A stretch of 64,000 bases of DNA. Origin: Podarcis muralis (Eukaryota). The stretch lies in NCBI RefSeq assembly GCF_964188315.1, contig NC_135667.1, forward strand, positions 9,610,001 to 9,674,000. Reading direction: 5' to 3'. Shown one piece after another: positions 58,640 to 64,000 of the stretch (the stretch's first letter is position 1; every line of letters begins with the position of its first letter). A model generated the notes under the pieces. It was given only the letters and a program-made list of their open reading frames with translations, was not told the DNA's origin and did not search any database. A program made the translations under genes and the position numbers.

Positions 58640-59590
58640 ATGGAGCTGATGAATGCATCGACAGTGACTGAATTTATTCTGCTGGGGATCCCTTTTCTGC
58701 ATGAATTGCATGGAGTGTTTTTTGTAATTGGTTTATTCATGTACATCATAGCCATTGTAGGCAATGGGTTCATCCTCATCATTGTCACCATTGAGCCAAG
58801 ACTTCAAACCCCAATGTACATTTTCCTGTGCAATCTTGCATTTCTGGAAATCTGCTACACAACAACTGTTGTACCAAAAATGCTGCAAACACTTTTGCAG
58901 AAAAAGACTGCTATTAGTTTTGCTTGCTGTATGGCCCAGGGGTTTTTCCACTTCATCCTGGGCAGCACAGAGCTTTTCATCCTCACAGCTATGGCTTTTG
59001 ACCGCTATTTGGCCATATGCAGACCACTTCAGTACCCAATGATTATGACAAAGCATGTTTGCATTCAGATGTCTTTTGCCACCTGGTATGTAGCATTCAT
59101 AATTATGTTTCCTCAGTCCATCATTGTGTGGAGGCTGCCTTTCTGTGGGTCCAACATTGTTGACCATTTCTACTGTGATATCGGTCCCGTCTTAAGCCTA
59201 GCCTGTACAGATACCCACTTGATTGAATCTCTGGGACTGTTGAGCTCCATCCTGATTGTCATCATGACCTTGATCCTCACTGCAGTGTCTTACGTCTTCA
59301 TCATCTCCACCATCCTCCGCATACCTTCAGCCACAGGGCGTAAGAAGGCGTTCTCCACTTGCACGTCTCACCTGATTGTAGTGTCCATGTTGTATGGAGC
59401 CCTTGTCTTCATGTACGTGAGACCCAACGTTCATTCCTCATCTCGTCTAACAAGGGTAGTGGCGGTACTGAACACTACCTTCACTCCAATGCTGAACCCT
59501 TTCATATACACAATAAGGAACACCGAGGTCAAAGAGGCAGTCCGGAGCGCAATCCACAAGAGAAGAGGATTTCTCAAGGGCGACTTTTAA
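58640..59590 (+). CDS. Olfactory receptor, OR6X1-like, intact (start 58640 or 58649)
   Basis: LQTPMYIFLCN, MAFDRYLAIC, KAFSTCTSHL, PMLNPFIYTIRN. Confidence 0.93.
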   Translation: MELMNASTVTEFILLGIPFLHELHGVFFVIGLFMYIIAIVGNGFILIIVTIEPRLQTPMYIFLCNLAFLEICYTTTVVPKMLQTLLQKKTAISFACCMAQGFFHFILGSTELFILTAMAFDRYLAICRPLQYPMIMTKHVCIQMSFATWYVAFIIMFPQSIIVWRLPFCGSNIVDHFYCDIGPVLSLACTDTHLIESLGLLSSILIVIMTLILTAVSYVFIISTILRIPSATGRKKAFSTCTSHLIVVSMLYGALVFMYVRPNVHSSSRLTRVVAVLNTTFTPMLNPFIYTIRNTEVKEAVRSAIHKRRGFLKGDF

Positions 59591-59779
59591 AATATATATA
59601 TTCCAAACTATGTACATTTATGGTGTGGTGGTTGCAGATTTATGCTTGCTTTTTAATTTTGTGTCTATATAAAGCCTATTATTAATAAATCAACAAAATG
59701 CAAGGTTGGTAGGCAACTTTCCTGATGTGAGATTTCAAACACCGAGACACATTTATGCAGAGCCATCATTTCAGGTTTC

Positions 59780-62700
59780 TTTTTTTAAAAAAAAAGATAT
59801 TTATTAGAATTTTACAAAAAGAAAAAAGAAAAAAGAGAAATAAAAATAGATTAAAAAAAAAACAATTCCATCTTTCCATCACTTTCTTTCATTTGCTTAT
59901 TTCTCGGACCTCCTCACACCTCCCTTTTTGTATTCCAATTCAATTTGTTAGTTCAGCAAATCCTTCCCCTCTTTGTTTATCCTAATCTTTAATCTTAAAA
60001 TAATGTAACATTAAATTTTTGTCTGTTAATAACCCATTTTTTTCATACTCCTTATAGCGTTATAGCTAAAAACCACATAACTTTTCATCCAACATCATTC
60101 TAACATTCATTAATTTTACAATATTTCTGTAGGTAGTCTTTAAATTTCTTCCAATCTTCTTCCACCGACTCTTCTCCCTGGTCTCGGATTCTGCCGGTCA
60201 TTTCTGCCAGTTCCATGTAGTCCATCACCTTCATCTGCCATTCTTCCAGGGTGGGTAGATCTTGTGTCTTCCAATACTTTGCGATAAGTATTCTTGCTGC
60301 TGTTGTAGCATACATAAAGAAAGTTCTATACTTCTTTGGCACCAATTGGCCGACAATGCCCAGGAGAAAGGCCTCTGGTTTCTTCAGAAAGGTATATTTA
60401 AATACCTTTTTCAATTCATTATATATCATCTCCCAGAAAGCCTTAATCCTTGGGCACGTCCACCAAAGGTGAAATAATGTACCTTCATTTTCTTTATATT
60501 TCCAACACTTATTATCGGGCAAATGGTAGAGTTTTGCAAGCTTGACTGGTGTCATGTACCACCTGTATATCATTTTCATAATATTCTCTCTTAAGGCATT
60601 ACATGCCGTAAACTTCATACCTGTGGTCCATAACTGTTCCCAGTCAGCCATCATAATGTTATGTCCAACATCTTGTGCCCATTTAATCATAGCAGATTTC
60701 ACCGTTTCATCCTGAGTATTCAATTTCAACAGCAAGTTATACATTCTTGACAAAGTCTTAGTTTTGGGATCTAACAGTTCTGTTTCCAATTTTGATTTTT
60801 CCACCTGGAATCCAATTTTCTTATCCAAATTGTATGCCTCCATTATTTGATAATAATGAAGCCAATCTCGCACTTTGTTTTTTAGTTTTTCATAACTCTG
60901 CAATTTCAGTTTGTCTCCCACTTGTTCCAAAATTTCCCAATATTTCGGCCATTTGGCCTCCATATTGAGCTTTTTCTGAGCCTTCGCTTCCATCGGTGAC
61001 AGCCACCTTGGGGTTTTATTTTCAAGCAAATCCTTATATCTTGTCCAAACATTAAACAATGCTTTCCTGACAATATGGTTTTTAAATGCTTTATGTGCTT
61101 TGACCTTATCATACCACAGATATGCATGCCATCCAAATACATTATTAAAACCTTCCAGATCCAAAATGTCTGTGTTTTCAAGGAGTAGCCATTCTTTCAA
61201 CCAGCAGAAAGCTGCTGATTCATAATAAAGTTTAAGGTCTGGCAGGGCAAATCCACCTCTTTCCTTTGCATCTGTTAATATTTTAAATTTTATTCTGGGC
61301 TTCTTGCCCTGCCAGACAAATCTAGAAATATCTCTCTGCCACTTCTTGAAACAATCCATTTTGTCCACAATTTGCAATGTTTGAAATAAAAATAACATTC
61401 TTGGCAATACATTCATCTTTATCGCAGCAATACGGCCTAGCAGTGAAAGCTTCAAGTTTGACCAAATTTCTAAATCTTTTTTCACTTCTGACCAGCATTT
61501 TTCATAATTGTCTTTAAATAAGTTCCCATTTTTAGCTGTCATGTTAATCCCCAGGTATTTCACTTTCTTAACCACTGTTAAGCCTGTCACATTCTGAAAC
61601 CTCTCTCTTTCAATCACTGTTAACTTTTTCTCTAAAACCTTTGTTTTTAGTTTATTCAATTTGAATCCTGCAACCTGACCAAAATCTTGAATCAGTTCCA
61701 AAACTCTTTTGGTACTAGATTCTGGCTCCTGTAATGTCAGTACTAAATCATCTGCAAATGCTCTCAGTTTATACTGTTTAGCTCCGACTTGTACACCTTT
61801 AACCAACTGGTCCCTTCTAATCATCTTCAGCAAAACCTCCAGGACTGATATAAAGAGCAATGGAGAAATTGGGCAACCTTGTCGTGTTCCTTTTTCTATC
61901 TTAAATTCCTCCGTAACCTCGTTATTAACAATTAACTTAGCCTTTTGTTCAGAGTAAATTGCACCTATACCATTTCCAAATCCTTCTCCCACCCCCATCC
62001 CCTGTAGGTTCTTCTTCATAAAACTCCAAGAAATGTTGTCAAACTCCACGTCCACAAATATCAAAACTGCCTTAGTATTAATATTCACTTCTAACTTTTC
62101 CAAAATGTTAAATATATTCCTCATATTATCAGACAAATGTCTGCCCGGAAGAAAGCCTGCTTGGTCTTTATGAATCTCTTCCATCAACACTTTTTTTAAT
62201 CTCTTGGCCAAAATATCTGCAAAAATTTTGTAATCCACATTGAGTAATGATATGGGGCGGTAGTTCTTAAGCTGGGTCTTTTCAGTTTCTGTTTTCGGTA
62301 TAAGTGTAATGTACGCTTCTTTCCACGACTCTGGTGCCTTTTTCCCTTCCAATATTTCATTACAGACTTCCTTTAAAGGTTGTACTAACCATTCTTTTAA
62401 AGTTCTGTAGTATCTTGAAGTCAATCCATCTGGTCCTGGAGATTTGCCCAATTGCATGTTCTGAATGGCACCTTCTATTTCCTGTTCAGATATTTTACAA
62501 TTCAGCATTAATTTATTTTCTTGAGAAATTTTTTTGTAATCCATTTATCTTCAAAAATCGATCAATGTCAGCTTCTTTCTGTGGCCCTTGTGTGTATAAT
62601 TGTTTAAAATATCTCTGGAAACATTTTTTAATCTCAGTTGGGTTCTGTATGTTCTTTCCTTCCACTTCTAAATTTGTAATAGTATTTAATTTTTGTCTTT

Positions 62701-62885
62701 TTTTCATTTGCCAAGCCAACAATTTTCCACATTTATTAGCTGATTCAAATGTCTTTTGTCTCATTTGTTTAATTTTTCCATTCTATTTCCTGATTCATCA
62801 TTTTCATATATTGTACTTGATATAACTTTATTTCTCTCAGGATCTCTTGCGACTTTGGTTTTGCTCTCAATTTCTTCTCACTTTC
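59780..62885 (-). mobile_element. 5'-truncated L1-clade LINE with a long open ORF2 segment (60100-62544: RT and C-terminal domain)
   Basis: KSPGPDG, YRPISLL, QGCPISP, FADDL, HLWWTC; 11-bp TSD TTTCAGGTTTC (59769-59779 and 62886-62896); endonuclease and ORF1 absent. Confidence 0.92.
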
Positions 62886-64000
62886 TTTCAGGTTTCAGGT
62901 TTTGGGTGGATTGGGACAAAGCAATTTCTATGTCTACTTACAAAATTCTCAACAAGGCACTCTGAGCATATATTCAAGATTTGATTGTAACCTCCACCCC
63001 CCAAAAAAACTCACCTACCGTTTAATATCTGCTGTAGTTACTCTTTTGCACCTTATAATAAGATTGGAGAGTTACAGTAGCAATACTCATTAGGTAGTCA
63101 CTCTTCTTTAAAGCAAAGTTCTGTTTTTGACTCATTGATCTTGTGCAAAAATAAGACAATCCAATAGTACAATGCTACATATGTCAACTCAAAACTAAGA
63201 ACCATTGTTTCCAGTTTAACTTATTCTGATGCAAGTGTGTCTTAGGGGGAGTGAAGCAGACCAAGACCCTTGAGCCAAACTGGGTAGCCTCCAAATTAGC
63301 CCAAGCTGAATTGAGCTATTCTACCAATCTTCAAAATGGCTTCTGAATGGAGTCTTCTGATTAGCACAGAATAGATAGTCATGTTCTCCAGTGGCCTCCT
63401 TATCCCTCCCATTTATGCTTAAAAAATGATTCCACCATACGTTTTTCCCAAGTGAAAGTCACCAGCTGCCCTCAGTAACATCTGTCATTATTTTCAGCAG
63501 TGTGATTTTAGATAACAGAAGGAAGAATATCCTGACCAATGGAAGGAGCATTCACACCTAATTTGAGACCCAGCTGAGACAAAATGGAGGACTTACAGTG
63601 GTGTATCTCAGGCTGAGCTGAGGAACTTCAGTCAGTGTAGCCATGGCGGAGCGCAAACTCAACCAGAGACCAACCTTTGCTTATCCCAGTGAATCTTAGG
63701 GTGTAGTCCTATGGCACAATCTACCAAGATGAGCATCTTAGGATGCAGTGGCTCTCTGGCTCAGAAAATTTATTCCCAGATCAGCTGCACTCAACCAGCG
63801 TTCAGCTCCCGACCTTAGCTCAGCCCAAGATAAGCCATCACAACCTGTTCCTCCTGGCTCAGCCACACCTTTTACCTGTCTGTAACCTGATGGTGTGGGA
63901 AAGTGCTTGTGGTCTGAGGAAGAAGGACACTTTCTGGACCCAGGAGGTTCCCTAGTGCTGCTTTGATGGACCACCAACTAACTTCCTCCCAAATAATGAA

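Noticed and set aside
58733-59167. Antisense and alternative-frame ORFs overlapping OR genes and LINEs
   Set aside because: No recognisable domains; expected shadow ORFs of coding sequence.

Overview
This is vertebrate genomic DNA, almost certainly from a lacertid lizard (Sauria/Squam1 SINEs, Squam3-type SINEs, BovB, squamate L1 and Penelope elements). The window is a junction between an immunoglobulin heavy-chain-type V segment array and a family-6 olfactory receptor (OR) cluster. Three VH-type segments lie on the minus strand, each with an octamer promoter, a 46-nt leader exon, a V exon and an RSS. VH-A is intact with a 23-RSS. VH-B is an intact but divergent V whose RSS has a 12-bp spacer, which is unexpected for a VH. 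VH-C has a DNA-transposon MITE inserted in its YYC codons. These segments are interleaved with 7 intact OR ORFs, one full-length OR pseudogene and two OR fragments (OR6X1-like and OR6M1-like). Mobile DNA includes a very young Ty1/copia LTR element with a single open Gag-PR-degenerate-IN ORF and no RT/RNaseH, nested solo LTRs, several L1 forms (5'-truncated, internally deleted, ORF1-only, 5'-inverted) and a Penelope inverted repeat carrying a minimal hammerhead ribozyme. All coordinates and comparisons were made by eye, and no database searches were run.
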